64,000 nt of DNA, from assembly GCA_964016885.1 (NCBI GenBank), contig OZ024743.1, forward strand, positions 82,212,001-82,276,000. The letters run 5' to 3'. Source of the stretch: Eledone cirrhosa (lineage: Eukaryota). The notes beneath the pieces are model-generated. The model was not told the DNA's origin. It made no database searches and was given only the letters and a program-made list of their open reading frames with translations. Position 1 is the first letter of the stretch. Each line of letters starts with the position of its first letter. Shown here piece by piece: positions 25,301-39,000 of this stretch. A program made the position numbers and the translations under genes.

Positions 25301-28300
25301 ACTGGAGTTCTAGTGCTGTAGTGGTCCTGGGTCAGGTTAGGTTACTGGAGTTATAGTGCTGTAGTGGTACTGGGTCAGGTTAGGTTACTGGAGTTATAGT
25401 GTTGTAGTGGTCCTGGGTCAGATTAGGTTACTGGAGTTCTAGTGCTGTAGTGGTCCTGGGTCAGGTTGGGTTACTGGAGTTATAGTGCTGTAGTGGTACT
25501 GGGTTAGGTTAGGTTAATGGAGTTATAGTGCTGTAGTGGCCCTGGGTCAGTTTGGGTTACTGGAGTTCTAGTGTTGTAGTGCTCCTGGGTCAGGTTAGGT
25601 TACTGGTGTTCTAGTGTTGTAGTGGTCCTGGGTCAGGTTGGGTTACTGGAGTTATAGTGTTGTAGTTATCCTGGGTCAGGTTACGTTACTGGAGTTCTAA
25701 TGCTGTAGTGGCCCTGGGTCAGGTTAGGTTACTGGCGTTCTAGTGTTGTAGTGGTCCTGGATCAGGTTAGATTATTGGAGTTATAGTGTTGTAGTGGTCC
25801 TGGGTCAGGTTAGGTTACTGGAGTTTAGTGCTGTAGTGGCCCTGGGTCAGGATAGGTTACTGGAGTTCTAGTATTATAGTGGTCCTGGGTCAGGTTAGAT
25901 TACTGGAGTTATAGTGTTATAGTGGTCCTGGGTCAGGTTAGGTTACTGGAGTTTAGTGCTGTAGTGGCCCTGAGTCAGGATAGGTTACTGGAGTTCTAGT
26001 GCTGTAGTGGCCCTGGCTCAGGTTAGGTTACTGGAGTTGTAGTGCTGTAGTGATCCTGGGTCAGGTTAGGTTACTGCAGTTATAGTGCTGTAGTGGTCCT
26101 AGGTCAGGTTAGGTTACTGGAGTTATAGTGCTGTAGTGGTCCTGGGTCAGGTTAGGTTACTGGAGTTATAGTGCTGTAGTGGTCCTGGGTCAGGTTGGGT
26201 TACTGGAGTTGTAGTGCTGTAGTGATCCTGGGTCAGGTTAGGTGACTGGAGTTATAATGCTGTAGTGGTCCTGGGTGAGGTTAGGTTACTGGAGTTATAG
26301 TGCTGTAGTGATCCTGGGTCAGGTTAGGTTACTGGAGTTGTAGTGCTGTAGTGATCCTGGGTCAGGTTAGGTTACTGGAGTTGTAGTGCTGTAGTGGTCC
26401 TGGGTCAGGTTAGGTTACTGGAGTTGTAGTGCTGTAGTGATCCTGGGTCAGGTTAGGTTACTGGAGTTGTAGTGCTGTAGTGATCCTGGGTCAGGTTAGG
26501 TTACTGGAGTTGTAGTGCTGTAGTGATCCTGGGTCAGGTTAGGTTACTGGAGTTATAGTGCTGTAGTGGTCCTGTGTCAGGTTAGGTTACTGGAGTTGTA
26601 GTGCTGTAGTGATCCTGGGTCAGGTTAGGTTACTGGAGTTGTAGTGCTGTAGTGGTCCTGGGTCAGGTTAGGTTACTGGAGTTGTAGTGCTGTAGTGATC
26701 CTGGGTCAGGTTAGGTTACTGGAGTTGTAGTGCTGTAGTGATCCTGGGTCAGGTTAGGTTACTGGAGTTGTAGTGCTGTAGTGATCCTGGGTCAGGTTAG
26801 GTTACTGGAGTTGTAGTGCTGTAGTGATCCTGGGTCAGGTTAGGTTACTGGAGTTGTAGTGCTGTAGTGATCCTGGGTCAGGTTAGGTTACTGGAGTTGT
26901 AGTGCTGTAGTGATCCTGGGTCAGGTTAGGTTACTGGAGTTATAGTGCTGTAGTGGTCCTGTGTCAGGTTAGGTTACTGGAGTTGTAGTGCTGTAGTGAT
27001 CCTGGGTCAGGTTAGGTTACTGGAGTTGTAGTGCTGTAGTGGTCCTGTGTCAGGTTAGGTTACTGGAGTTGTAGTGCTGTAGTGATCCTGGGTCAGGTTA
27101 GGTTACTGGAGTTGTAGTGCTGTAGTGGTCCTGGGTCAGGTTAGGTTACTGGAGTTATGTTGCTGTAGTGGTCCTGGGTCAGGTTAGGTTACTGGAGTTC
27201 TAGTGCTGTAGTGGTCCTGGGTGAGGTTAGGTTACTGGAGTTATAGTGCTGTAGTGGTCCTGGGTCAGGTTAGGTTACTGGAGTTGTAGTGCTGTAGTGA
27301 TCCTGGGTCAGGTTAGGTTACTGGAGTTGTAGTGCTGTAGTGATCCTGGGTCAGGTTAGGTTACTGGAGTTGTAGTGCTGTAGTGATCCTGGGTCAGGTT
27401 AGGTTACTGGTGTTATAGTGCTGTAGTGGTCCTGGGTCAGGTTAGGTTACTGGAGTTATGTTGCTGTAGTGGTCCTGGGTCAGGTTAGGTTACTGGAGTT
27501 CTAGTGCTGTAGTGGTCCTGGGTGAGGTTAGGTTACTGGTGTTATAGTGCTGTAGTGGTCCTGGGTCAGGTTAGGTTACTGGAGTTATAGTGCTGTAGTG
27601 GTCCTGGGTCAGGTTAGGTTACTGGAGTTGTAGTGCTGTAGTGATCCTGGGTCAGGTTAGGTTACTGGTGTTATAGTGCTGTAGTGGTCCTGGGTCAGGT
27701 TAGGTTACTGGAGTTATGTTGCTGTAGTGGTCCTGGGTCAGGTTAGGTTACTGGAGTTCTAGTGCTGTAGTGGTCCTGGGTGAGGTTAGGTTACTGGTGT
27801 TATAGTGCTGTAGTGGTCCTGGGTCAGGTTAGGTTACTGGAGTTATGTTGCTGTAGTGGTCCTGGGTCAGGTTAGGTTACTGGAGTTATAGTGCTGTAGT
27901 GGTCCTGGGTGAGGTTAGGTTACTGGTGTTATAGTGCTGTAGTGGTCCTGGGTCAGGTTAGGTTACTGGAGTTATGTTGCTGTAGTGGTCCTGGGTCAGG
28001 TTAGGTTACTGGAGTTCTAGTGCTGTAGTGGTCCTGGGTGAGCTTAGGTTGCTGGAGTTATAGTGCTGTAGTGGTCCTGGGTCTGGTTAGGTTACTGGAG
28101 TTATAGTGCTGTAGTGGTCCTGGGTCAGGTTAGGTTACTGGAGTTCTAGTGCTGTAGTGGTCCTGGGTGAAGTTAGGTTGCTGGAGTTATAGTGCTGTAG
28201 TGGTCCTGGGTCAGGTTAGGTTACTGGAGTTATAGGGCTGTAGTGGTCCTGGGTCAGGTTAGGTTACTGGAGTTCTAGTGCTGTAGTGGTCCTGGGTGAG

Positions 28301-31300
28301 GTTAGGTTGATGGAGTTATAGTGCTGTAGTGGTCCTGGGTGAGGTTAGGTTGTTGGAGTTATAGTGCTGTAGTGGTCCTGGGTCAGGTTGGGTTACTGGA
28401 GTTGTAGTGCTGTAGTGATCCTGGGTCAGGTTAGGTTAGTGGGGTTCTATTGTTGTAGTCGTTCTGGGTCAGGTTAGGTTACTAGAGTTCTAGTGTTGTA
28501 GTGGTCCTGGGTCAGGTTATGTTACTGGAGTTATAGTGTTGTAGTGGTCCTGGGTCAGGTCAGGTTACTGGAGTTCTAGTGCTGTAGTGGTCCTGGGTCA
28601 GGTTAGGTTACTGGAGTTATAGTGCTGTAGTGGTACTGGGTCAGGTTAGGTTACTGGAGTTATAGTGTTGTAGTGGTCCTGGGTCAGATTAGGTTACTGG
28701 AGTTCTAGTGCTGTAGTGGTCCTGGGTCAGGTAGGGTTACTGGAGTTATAGTGCTGTAGTGGTACTGGGTTAGGTTAGGTTAATGGAGTTATAGTGCTGT
28801 AGTGGCCCTGGGTCAGTTTGGGTTACTGGAGTTCTAGTGTTGTAGTGCTCCTGGGTCAGGTTAGGTTACTGGTGTTCTAGTGTTGTAGTGGTCCTGGGTC
28901 AGGTTGGGTTACTGGAGTTATAGTGTTGTAGTTATCCTGGGTCAGGTTACGTTACTGGAGTTCTAATGCTGTAGTGGCCCTGGGTCAGGTTAGGTTACTG
29001 GCGTTCTAGTGTTGTAGTGGTCCTGGGTCAGGTTAGATTACTGGAGTTATAGTGTTGTAGTGGTCCTGGGTCAGGTTAGGTTACTGGAGTTTAGTGCTGT
29101 AGTGGCCCTGGGTCAGGATAGGTTACTGGAGTTCTAGTATTATAGTGGTCCTGGGTCAGGTTAGATTACTGGAGTTATAGTGTTATAGTGGTCCTGGGTC
29201 AGGTTAGGTTACTGGAGTTTAGTGCTGTAGTGGCCCTGGGTCAGGATAGGTTACTGGAGTTCTAGTGCTTTAGTGGCCCTGGCTCAGGTTAGGTTACTGG
29301 ATTTATAGTGTTGTAGTGGTCCTGGGTCAGGTTAGGTTACTGGGGTTCTAGTGTTGTAGTGGTTCTGGGTCAGGTTGGAATACTGGAGTTCTAGTGTTGT
29401 AGTGGTCCTGGGTCAGGTTAGGTTACTGGAGTTATAGTGCTGTAGTGGTCCTGGGTCAGGATAGGTTACTGGAGTTGTAGTGCTGTAGTGATCCTGGGTC
29501 AGGTTAGGTTACTGGAGTTATAGTGCTCTAGTGGTCCTGGGTGAGGTTAGGTTACTGGTGTTATAGTGCTGTAGTGGTCCTGGGTCAGGTTAGGTTACTG
29601 GAGTTATGTTGCTGTAGTGGTCCTGATTCAGGTTAGGTTACTGGAGTTCTAGTGCTGTAGTGGTCCTGGGTGAGCTTAGGTTGCTGGAGTTATAGTGCTG
29701 TAGTGGTCCTGGGTCTGGTTAGGTTACTGGAGTTATAGTGCTGTAGTGGTCCTGGGTCAGGTTAGGTTACTGGAGTTCTAGTGCTGTAGTGGTCCTGGGT
29801 GAAGTTAGGTTGCTGGAGTTATAGTGCTGTAGTGGTCCTGGGTCAGGTTAGGTTACTGGAGTTATAGGGCTGTAGTGGTCCTGGGTCAGGTTAGGTTACT
29901 GGAGTTCTAGTGCTGTAGTGGTCCTGGGTGAGGTTAGGTTGCTGGAGTTATAGTGCTGTAGTGGTCCGGGGTGAGGTTAGGTTGTTGGAGTTATAGTGCT
30001 GTAGTGGTCCTGGGTCAGGTTGGGTTACTGGAGTTGTAGTGCTGTAGTGATCCTGGGTCAGGTTAGGTTAGTGGGGTTCTATTGTTGTAGTCGTTCTGGG
30101 TCAGGTTAGGTTACTAGAGTTCTAGTGTTGTAGTGGTCCTGGGTCAGGTTATGTTACTGGAGTTATAGTGTTGTAGTGGTCCTGGGTCAGGTCAGGTTAC
30201 TGGAGTTCTAGTGCTGTAGTGGTCCTGGGTCAGGTTAGGTTACTGGAGTTATAGTGCTGTAGTGGTACTGGGTCAGGTTAGGTTACTGGAGTTATAGTGT
30301 TGTAGTGGTCCTGGGTCAGATTAGGTTACTGGAGTTCTAGTGCTGTAGTGGTCCTGGGTCAGGTTGGGTTACTGGAGTTATAGTGCTGTAGTGGTACTGG
30401 GTTAGGTTAGGTTAATGGAGTTATAGTGCTGTAGTGGCCCTGGGTCAGTTTGGGTTACTGGAGTTCTAGTGTTGTAGTGCTCCTGGGTCAGGTTAGGTTA
30501 CTGGTGTTCTAGTGTTGTAGTGGTCCTGGGTCAGGTTGGGTTACTGGAGTTATAGTGTTGTAGTTATCCTGGGTCAGGTTACGTTACTGGAGTTCTAATG
30601 CTGTAGTGGCCCTGGGTCAGGTTAGGTTACTGGCGTTCTAGTGTTGTAGTGGTCCTGGGTCAGGTTGGGTTACTGGAGTTGTAGTGCTGTAGTGATCCTG
30701 GGTCAGGTTAGGTTACTGGAGTTATAGTGCTGTAGTGGTCCTGGGTCAGGTTAGGTTACTGGAGTTGTAGTGCTGTAGTGATCCTGGGTCAGGTTAGGTT
30801 ACTGGAGTTATAGTGCTGTAGTGGTCCTAGGTCAGGTTAGGTTACTGGAGTTATAGTGCTGTAGTGGTCCTGGGTCAGGTTAGGTTACTGGAGTTATAGT
30901 GCTGTAGTGGTCCTGGGTCAGGTTGGGTTACTGGAGTTGTAGTGCTGTAGTGATCCTGGGTCAGGTTAGGTGACTGGAGTTATAATGCTGTAGTGGTCCT
31001 GGGTCAGGTTAGTTTACTGGAGTTATAGTGCTGTAGTGGCCCTGGGTCAGGTTAGGTTACTGGAGTTGTAGTGCTGTAGTGATCCTGGGTCAGGTTAGGT
31101 TACTGGAGTTATAGTGCTGTAGTGGTCCTGGGTGAGGTTAGGTTACTGGAGTTCTAGTGCTGTAGTGGTCCTGGGTGAGGTTAGGTTGCTGGAGTTATAG
31201 TGCTGTAGTAGTCCTGGGTGAGGTTAGGTTGTTGGAGTTATAGTGCTGTAGTGGTCCTGGGTCAGGTTGGGTTACTGGAGTTGTAGTGCTGTAGTGATCC

Positions 31301-34300
31301 TGGGTCAGGTTAGGTTAGTGGGGTTCTATTGTTGTAGTCGTTCTGGGTCAGGTTAGGTTACTAGAGTTCTAGTGTTGTAGTGGTCCTGGGTCAGGTTATG
31401 TTACTGGAGTTATAGTGTTGTAGTGGTCCTGGGTCAGGTCAGGTTACTGGAGTTCTAGTGCTGTAGTGGTCCTGGGTCAGGTTAGGTTACTGGATTTATA
31501 GTGCTGTAGTGGTACTGGGTCAGGTTAGGTTACTGGAGTTATAGTGTTGTAGTGGTCCTGGGTCAGATTAGGTTACTGGAGTTCTAGTGCTGTAGTGGTC
31601 CTGGGTCAGGTTGGGTTACTGGAGTTATAGTGCTGTAGTGGTACTGGGTTAGGTTAGGTTAATGGAGTTATAGTGCTGTAGTGGCCCTGGGTCAGTTTGG
31701 GTTACTGGAGTTCTAGTGTTGTAGTGCTCCTGGGTCAGGTTAGGTTACTGGTGTTCTAGTGTTGTAGTGGTCCTGGGTCAGGTTGGGTTACTGGAGTTAT
31801 AGTGTTGTAGTTATCCTGGGTCAGGTTACGTTACTGGAGTTCTAATGCTGTAGTGGCCCTGGGTCAGGTTAGGTTACTGGCGTTCTAGTGTTGTAGTGGT
31901 CCTGGGTCAGGTTAGATTACTGGAGTTATAGTGTTGTAGTGGTCCTGGTTCAGGTTAGGTTACTGGAGTTTAGTGCTGTAGTGGCCCTGGGTCAGGATAG
32001 GTTACTGGAGTTCTAGTATTATAGTGGTCCTGGGTCAGGTTAGATTACTGGAGTTATAGTGTTGTAGTGGCCCTGGGTCAGGTTAGGTTACTGGAGTTCT
32101 AGTGCTGTAGTGGTCCTGGGTCAGGTTAGGTTACTGGAGTTATAGTGTTGTAGTGGTCCTGGGTCAGGTTAGGTTACTGGGGTTCTAGTGTTGTAGTGGT
32201 TCTGGGTCAGGTTGGAATACTGGAGTTCTAGTGTTGTAGTGGTCCTGGGTCAGGTTAGGTTACTGGAGTTATAGTGCTGTAGTGGTCCTGGGTCAGGTTA
32301 GGTTACTGGAGTTGTAGTGCTGTAGTGGTCCTGGGTCAGGTTAGGTTACTGGAGTTATAGTGCTGTAGTGGTCCTGGGTGAAGTTAGGTTGCTGGAGTTA
32401 TAGTGCTGTAGTGGTCCTGGGTGAGGTTAGGTTACTGGTGTTATAGTGCTGTAGTGGTCCTGGGTCAGGTTAGGTTACTGGAGTTATGTTGCTGTAGTGG
32501 TCCTGGGTCAGGTTAGGTTACTGGAGTTCTAGTGCTGTAGTGGTCCTGGGTGAGCTTAGGTTGCTGGAGTTATAGTGCTGTAGTGGTCCTGGGTCTGGTT
32601 AGGTTACTGGAGTTATAGTGCTGTAGTGGTCCTGGGTCAGGTTAGGTTACTGGAGTTCTAGTGCTGTAGTGGTCCTGGGTGAAGTTAGGTTGCTGGAGTT
32701 ATAGTGCTGTAGTGGTCCTGGGTCAGGTTAGGTTACTGGAGTTATAGGGCTGTAGTGGTCCTGGGTCAGGTTAGGTTACTGGAGTTCTAGTGCTGTAGTG
32801 GTCCTGGGTGAGGTTAGGTTGCTGGAGTTATAGTGCTGTAGTGGTCCTGGGTGAGGTTAGGTTGTTGGAGTTATAGTGCTGTAGTGGTCCTGGGTCAGGT
32901 TGGGTTACTGGAGTTGTAGTGCTGTAGTGATCCTGGGTCAGGTTAGGTTAGTGGGGTTCTATTGTTGTAGTGGTTCTGGGTCAGGTTAGGTTACTAGAGT
33001 TCTAGTGTTGTAGTGGTCCTGGGTCAGGTTGGGTTACTGGAGTTATAGTGTTGTAGTTATCCTGGGTCAGGTTACGTTACTGGAGTTCTAATGCTGTAGT
33101 GGCCCTGGGTCAGGTTAGGTTACTGGCGTTCTAGTGTTGTAGTGGTCCTGGGTCAGGTTAGATTACTGGAGTTATAGTGTTGTAGTGGTCCTGGGTCAGG
33201 TTAGGTTACTGGAGTTTAGTGCTGTAGTGGCCCTGGGTCAGGATAGGTTACTGGAGTTCTAGTATTATAGTGGTCCTGGGTCAGGTTAGATTACTGGAGT
33301 TATAGTGTTATAGTGGTCCTGGGTCAGGTTAGGTTACTGGAGTTTAGTGCTGTAGTGGCCCTGGGTCAGGATAGGTTACTGGAGTTCTAGTGCTTTAGTG
33401 GCCCTGGCTCAGGTTAGGTTACTGGGGTTCTAGTGTTGTAGTGGTTCTGGGTCAGGTTGGAATACTGGAGTTCTAGTGTTGTAGTGGTCCTGGGTCAGGT
33501 TAGGTTACTGGAGTTATAGTGCTGTAGTGGTCCTGGGTCAGGATAGGTTACTGGAGTTGTAGTGCTGTAGTGATCCTGGGTCAGGTTAGGTTACTGGAGT
33601 TATAGTGCTCTAGTGGTCCTGGGTGAGGTTAGGTTACTGGTGTTATAGTGCTGTAGTGGTCCTGGGTCAGGTTAGGTTACTGGAGTTATGTTGCTGTAGT
33701 GGTCCTGATTCAGGTTAGGTTACTGGAGTTCTAGTGCTGTAGTGGTCCTGGGTGAGCTTAGGTTGCTGGAGTTATAGTGCTGTAGTGGTCCTGGGTCTGG
33801 TTAGGTTACTGGAGTTATAGTGCTGTAGTGGTCCTGGGTCAGGTTAGGTTACTGGAGTTCTAGTGCTGTAGTGGTCCTGGGTGAAGTTAGGTTGCTGGAG
33901 TTATAGTGCTGTAGTGGTCCTGGGTCAGGTTAGGTTACTGGAGTTATAGGGCTGTAGTGGTCCTGGGTCAGGTTAGGTTACTGGAGTTCTAGTGCTGTAG
34001 TGGTCCTGGGTGAGGTTAGGTTGCTGGAGTTATAGTGCTGTAGTGGTCCGGGGTGAGGTTAGGTTGTTGGAGTTATAGTGCTGTAGTGGTCCTGGGTCAG
34101 GTTGGGTTACTGGAGTTGTAGTGCTGTAGTGATCCTGGGTCAGGTTAGGTTAGTGGGGTTCTATTGTTGTAGTCGTTCTGGGTCAGGTTAGGTTACTAGA
34201 GTTCTAGTGTTGTAGTGGTCCTGGGTCAGGTTATGTTACTGGAGTTATAGTGTTGTAGTGGTCCTGGGTCAGGTCAGGTTACTGGAGTTCTAGTGCTGTA

Positions 34301-37300
34301 GTGGTCCTGGGTCAGGTTAGGTTACTGGAGTTATAGTGCTGTAGTGGTACTGGGTCAGGTTAGGTTACTGGAGTTATAGTGTTGTAGTGGTCCTGGGTCA
34401 GATTAGGTTACTGGAGTTCTAGTGCTGTAGTGGTCCTGGGTCAGGTTGGGTTACTGGAGTTATAGTGCTGTAGTGGTACTGGGTTAGGTTAGGTTAATGG
34501 AGTTATAGTGCTGTAGTGGCCCTGGGTCAGTTTGGGTTACTGGAGTTCTAGTGTTGTAGTGCTCCTGGGTCAGGTTAGGTTACTGGTGTTCTAGTGTTGT
34601 AGTGGTCCTGGGTCAGGTTGGGTTACTGGAGTTATAGTGTTGTAGTTATCCTGGGTCAGGTTACGTTACTGGAGTTCTAATGCTGTAGTGGCCCTGGGTC
34701 AGGTTAGGTTACTGGCGTTCTAGTGTTGTAGTGGTCCTGGGTCAGGTTGGGTTACTGGAGTTGTAGTGCTGTAGTGATCCTGGGTCAGGTTAGGTTACTG
34801 GAGTTATAGTGCTGTAGTGGTCCTGGGTCAGGTTAGGTTACTGGAGTTGTAGTGCTGTAGTGATCCTGGGTCAGGTTAGGTTACTGGAGTTATAGTGCTG
34901 TAGTGGTCCTAGGTCAGGTTAGGTTACTGGAGTTATAGTGCTGTAGTGGTCCTGGGTCAGGTTAGGTTACTGGAGTTATAGTGCTGTAGTGGTCCTGGGT
35001 CAGGTTGGGTTACTGGAGTTGTAGTGCTGTAGTGATCCTGGGTCAGGTTAGGTGACTGGAGTTATAATGCTGTAGTGGTCCTGGGTCAGGTTAGTTTACT
35101 GGAGTTATAGTGCTGTAGTGGCCCTGGGTCAGGTTAGGTTACTGGAGTTGTAGTGCTGTAGTGATCCTGGGTCAGGTTAGGTTACTGGAGTTATAGTGCT
35201 GTAGTGGTCCTGGGTGAGGTTAGGTTACTGGAGTTCTAGTGCTGTAGTGGTCCTGGGTGAGGTTATGTTACTGGAGTTATAGTGTTGTAGTGGTCCTGGG
35301 TCAGGTTAGGTTACTGGAGTTCTAGTGCTGTAGTGGTCCTAGGTCAGGTTAGGTTACTGGAGTTATAGTGCTGTAGTGGTCCTGGGTCAGGTTAGGTTAC
35401 TGGAGTTATAGTGCTGTAGTGGTCCTGGGTCAGGTTGGGTTACTGGAGTTGTAGTGCTGTAGTGATCCTGGGTCAGGTTAGGTGACTGGAGTTATAATGC
35501 TGTAGTGGTCCTGGGTCAGGTTAGTTTACTGGAGTTATAGTGCTGTAGTGGCCCTGGGTCAGGTTAGATTACTGGAGTTATAGTGTTGTAGTGGTCCTGG
35601 TTCAGGTTAGGTTACTGGAGTTTAGTGCTGTAGTGGCCCTGGGTCAGGATAGGTTACTGGAGTTCTAGTATTATAGTGGTCCTGGGTCAGGTTAGATTAC
35701 TGGAGTTATAGTGTTGTAGTGGCCCTGGGTCAGGTTAGGTTACTGGAGTTCTAGTGCTGTAGTGGTCCTGGGTCAGGTTAGGTTACTGGAGTTATAGTGT
35801 TGTAGTGGTCCTGGGTCAGGTTAGGTTACTGGGGTTCTAGTGTTGTAGTGGTTCTGGGTCAGGTTGGAATACTGGAGTTCTAGTGTTGTAGTGGTCCTGG
35901 GTCAGGTTAGGTTACTGGAGTTATAGTGCTGTAGTGGTCCTGGGTCAGGTTAGGTTACTGGAGTTGTAGTGCTGTAGTGGTCCTGGGTCAGGTTAGGTTA
36001 CTGGAGTTATAGTGCTGTAGTGGTCCTGGGTGAAGTTAGGTTGCTGGAGTTATAGTGCTGTAGTGGTCCTGGGTGAGGTTAGGTTACTGGTGTTATAGTG
36101 CTGTAGTGGTCCTGGGTCAGGTTAGGTTACTGGAGTTATGTTGCTGTAGTGGTCCTGGGTCAGGTTAGGTTACTGGAGTTCTAGTGCTGTAGTGGTCCTG
36201 GGTGAGCTTAGGTTGCTGGAGTTATAGTGCTGTAGTGGTCCTGGGTCTGGTTAGGTTACTGGAGTTATAGTGCTGTAGTGGTCCTGGGTCAGGTTAGGTT
36301 ACTGGAGTTCTAGTGCTGTAGTGGTCCTGGGTGAAGTTAGGTTGCTGGAGTTATAGTGCTGTAGTGGTCCTGGGTCAGGTTAGGTTACTGGAGTTATAGG
36401 GCTGTAGTGGTCCTGGGTCAGGTTAGGTTACTGGAGTTCTAGTGCTGTAGTGGTCCTGGGTGAGGTTAGGTTGCTGGAGTTATAGTGCTGTAGTGGTCCT
36501 GGGTGAGGTTAGGTTGTTGGAGTTATAGTGCTGTAGTGGTCCTGGGTCAGGTTGGGTTACTGGAGTTGTAGTGCTGTAGTGATCCTGGGTCAGGTTAGGT
36601 TAGTGGGGTTCTATTGTTGTAGTGGTTCTGGGTCAGGTTAGGTTACTAGAGTTCTAGTGTTGTAGTGGTCCTGGGTCAGGTTATGTTACTGGAGTTATAG
36701 TGTTGTAGTGGTCCTGGGTCAGGTCAGGTTACTGGAGTTCTAGTGCTGTAGTGGTCCTGGGTCAGGTTAGGTTACTGGAGTTATAGTGCTGTAGTGGTAC
36801 TGGGTCAGGTTAGGTTACTGGAGTTATAGTGTTGTAGTGGTCCTGGGTCAGATTAGGTTACTGGAGTTCTAGTGCTGTAGTGGTCCTGGGTCAGGTTGGG
36901 TTACTGGAGTTATAGTGCTGTAGTGGTACTGGGTTAGGTTAGGTTACTGGAGTTATAGTGCTGTAGTGGTCCTGGGTCAGGTTAGGTTACTGGAGTTATA
37001 GTGCTGTAGTGGTCCTGGGTCAGGTTGGGTTACTGGAGTTGTAGTGCTGTAGTGATCCTGGGTCAGGTTAGGTGACTGGAGTTATAATGCTGTAGTGATC
37101 CTGGGTCAGGTTAGGTTACTGGAGTTATAGTGCTGTAGTGCTCCTAGGTCAGGTTAGGTTACTGGAGTTATAGTGCTGTAGTGGTCCTGGGTCAGGTTAG
37201 GTTACTGGAGTTATAGTGCTGTAGTGGTCCTGGGTCAGGTTGGGTTACTGGAGTTGTAGTGCTGTAGTGATCCTGGGTCAGGTTAGGTGACTGGAGTTAT

Positions 37301-39000
37301 AATGCTGTAGTGGTCCTGGGTCAGGTTAGGTTACTGGAGTTATAGTGCTGTAGTGGCCCTGGGTCAGGTTAGGTTACTGGAGTTGTAGTGCTGTAGTGAT
37401 CCTGGGTCAGGTTAGGTTACTGGAGTTATAGTGCTGTAGTGGTCCTGGGTGAGGTTAGGTTACTGGTGTTATAGTGCTGTAGTGGTCCTGGGTCAGGTTA
37501 GGTTACTGGAGTTATGTTGCTGTAGTGGTCCTGGGTCAGGTTATGTTACTGGAGTTCTAGTGCTGTAGTGGTCCTGGGTGAGCTTAGGTTGCTGGAGTTA
37601 TAGTGCTGTAGTGGTCCTGGGTCTGGTTAGGTTACTGGAGTTATAGTGCTGTAGTGGTCCTGGGTCAGGTTAGGTTACTGGAGTTCTAGTGCTGTAGTGG
37701 TCCTGGGTGAAGTTAGGTTGCTGGAGTTATAGTGCTGTAGTGGTCCTGGGTCAGGTTAGGTTACTGGAGTTATAGGGCTGTAGTGGTCCTGGGTCAGGTT
37801 AGGTTACTGGAGTTCTAGTGCTGTAGTGGTCCTGGGTGAGGTTAGGTTGCTGGAGTTATAGTGCTGTAGTGGTCCTGGGTGAGGTTAGGTTGTTGGAGTT
37901 ATAGTGCTGTAGTGGTCCTGGGTCAGGTTGGGTTACTGGAGTTGTAGTGCTGTAGTGATCCTGGGTCAGGTTAGGTTAGTGGGGTTCTATTGTTGTAGTC
38001 GTTCTGGGTCAGGTTAGGTTACTAGAGTTCTAGTGTTGTAGTGGTCCTGGGTCAGGTTATGTTACTGGAGTTATAGTGTTGTAGTGGTCCTGGGTCAGGT
38101 CAGGTTACTGGAGTTCTAGTGCTGTAGTGGTCCTGGGTCAGGTTAGGTTACTGGAGTTATAGTGCTGTAGTGGTACTGGGTCAGGTTAGGTTACTGGAGT
38201 TATAGTGTTGTAGTGGTCCTGGGTCAGATTAGGTTACTGGAGTTCTAGTGCTGTAGTGGTCCTGGGTCAGGTTGGGTTACTGGAGTTATAGTGCTGTAGT
38301 GGTACTGGGTTAGGTTAGGTTAATGGAGTTATAGTGCTGTAGTGGCCCTGGGTCAGTTTGGGTTACTGGAGTTCTAGTGTTGTAGTGCTCCTGGGTCAGG
38401 TTAGGTTACTGGTGTTCTAGTGTTGTAGTGGTCCTGGGTCAGGTTGGGTTACTGGAGTTATAGTGTTGTAGTTATCCTGGGTCAGGTTACGTTACTGGAG
38501 TTCTAATGCTGTAGTGGCCCTGGGTCAGGTTAGGTTACTGGCGTTCTAGTGTTGTAGTGGTCCTGGATCAGGTTAGATTATTGGAGTTATAGTGTTGTAG
38601 TGGTCCTGGGTCAGGTTAGGTTACTGGAGTTTAGTGCTGTAGTGGCCCTGGGTCAGGATAGGTTACTGGAGTTCTAGTATTATAGTGGTCCTGGGTCAGG
38701 TTAGATTACTGGAGTTATAGTGTTATAGTGGTCCTGGGTCAGGTTAGGTTACTGGAGTTTAGTGCTGTAGTGGCCCTGAGTCAGGATAGGTTACTGGAGT
38801 TCTAGTGCTGTAGTGGCCCTGGCTCAGGTTAGGTTACTGGAGTTATAGTGTTGTAGTGGTCCTGGGTCAGGTTAGGTTACTGGGGTTCTAGTGTTGTAGT
38901 GGTTCTGGGTCAGGTTGGAATACTGGAGTTCTAGTGTTGTAGTGGTCCTGGGTCAGGTTAGGTTACTGGAGTTATAGTGCTGTAGTGGTCCTGGGTCAGG
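19400..39000 (+). repeat. Multi-kb near-identical block duplications (offsets 9109, 4082 and 12806 bp)
   Basis: GTCCTGATTC at 20511/29620/33702 and GGTCCGGGG at 20854/29963/34045 (offsets 9109 and 4082). GTGCTCCTAGG at 24332/37138 and ATCAGGTTAGATTATT at 25761/38567 (offset 12806). Each offset equals n x 43 minus the number of intervening 1-bp deletions. Confidence 0.85.
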
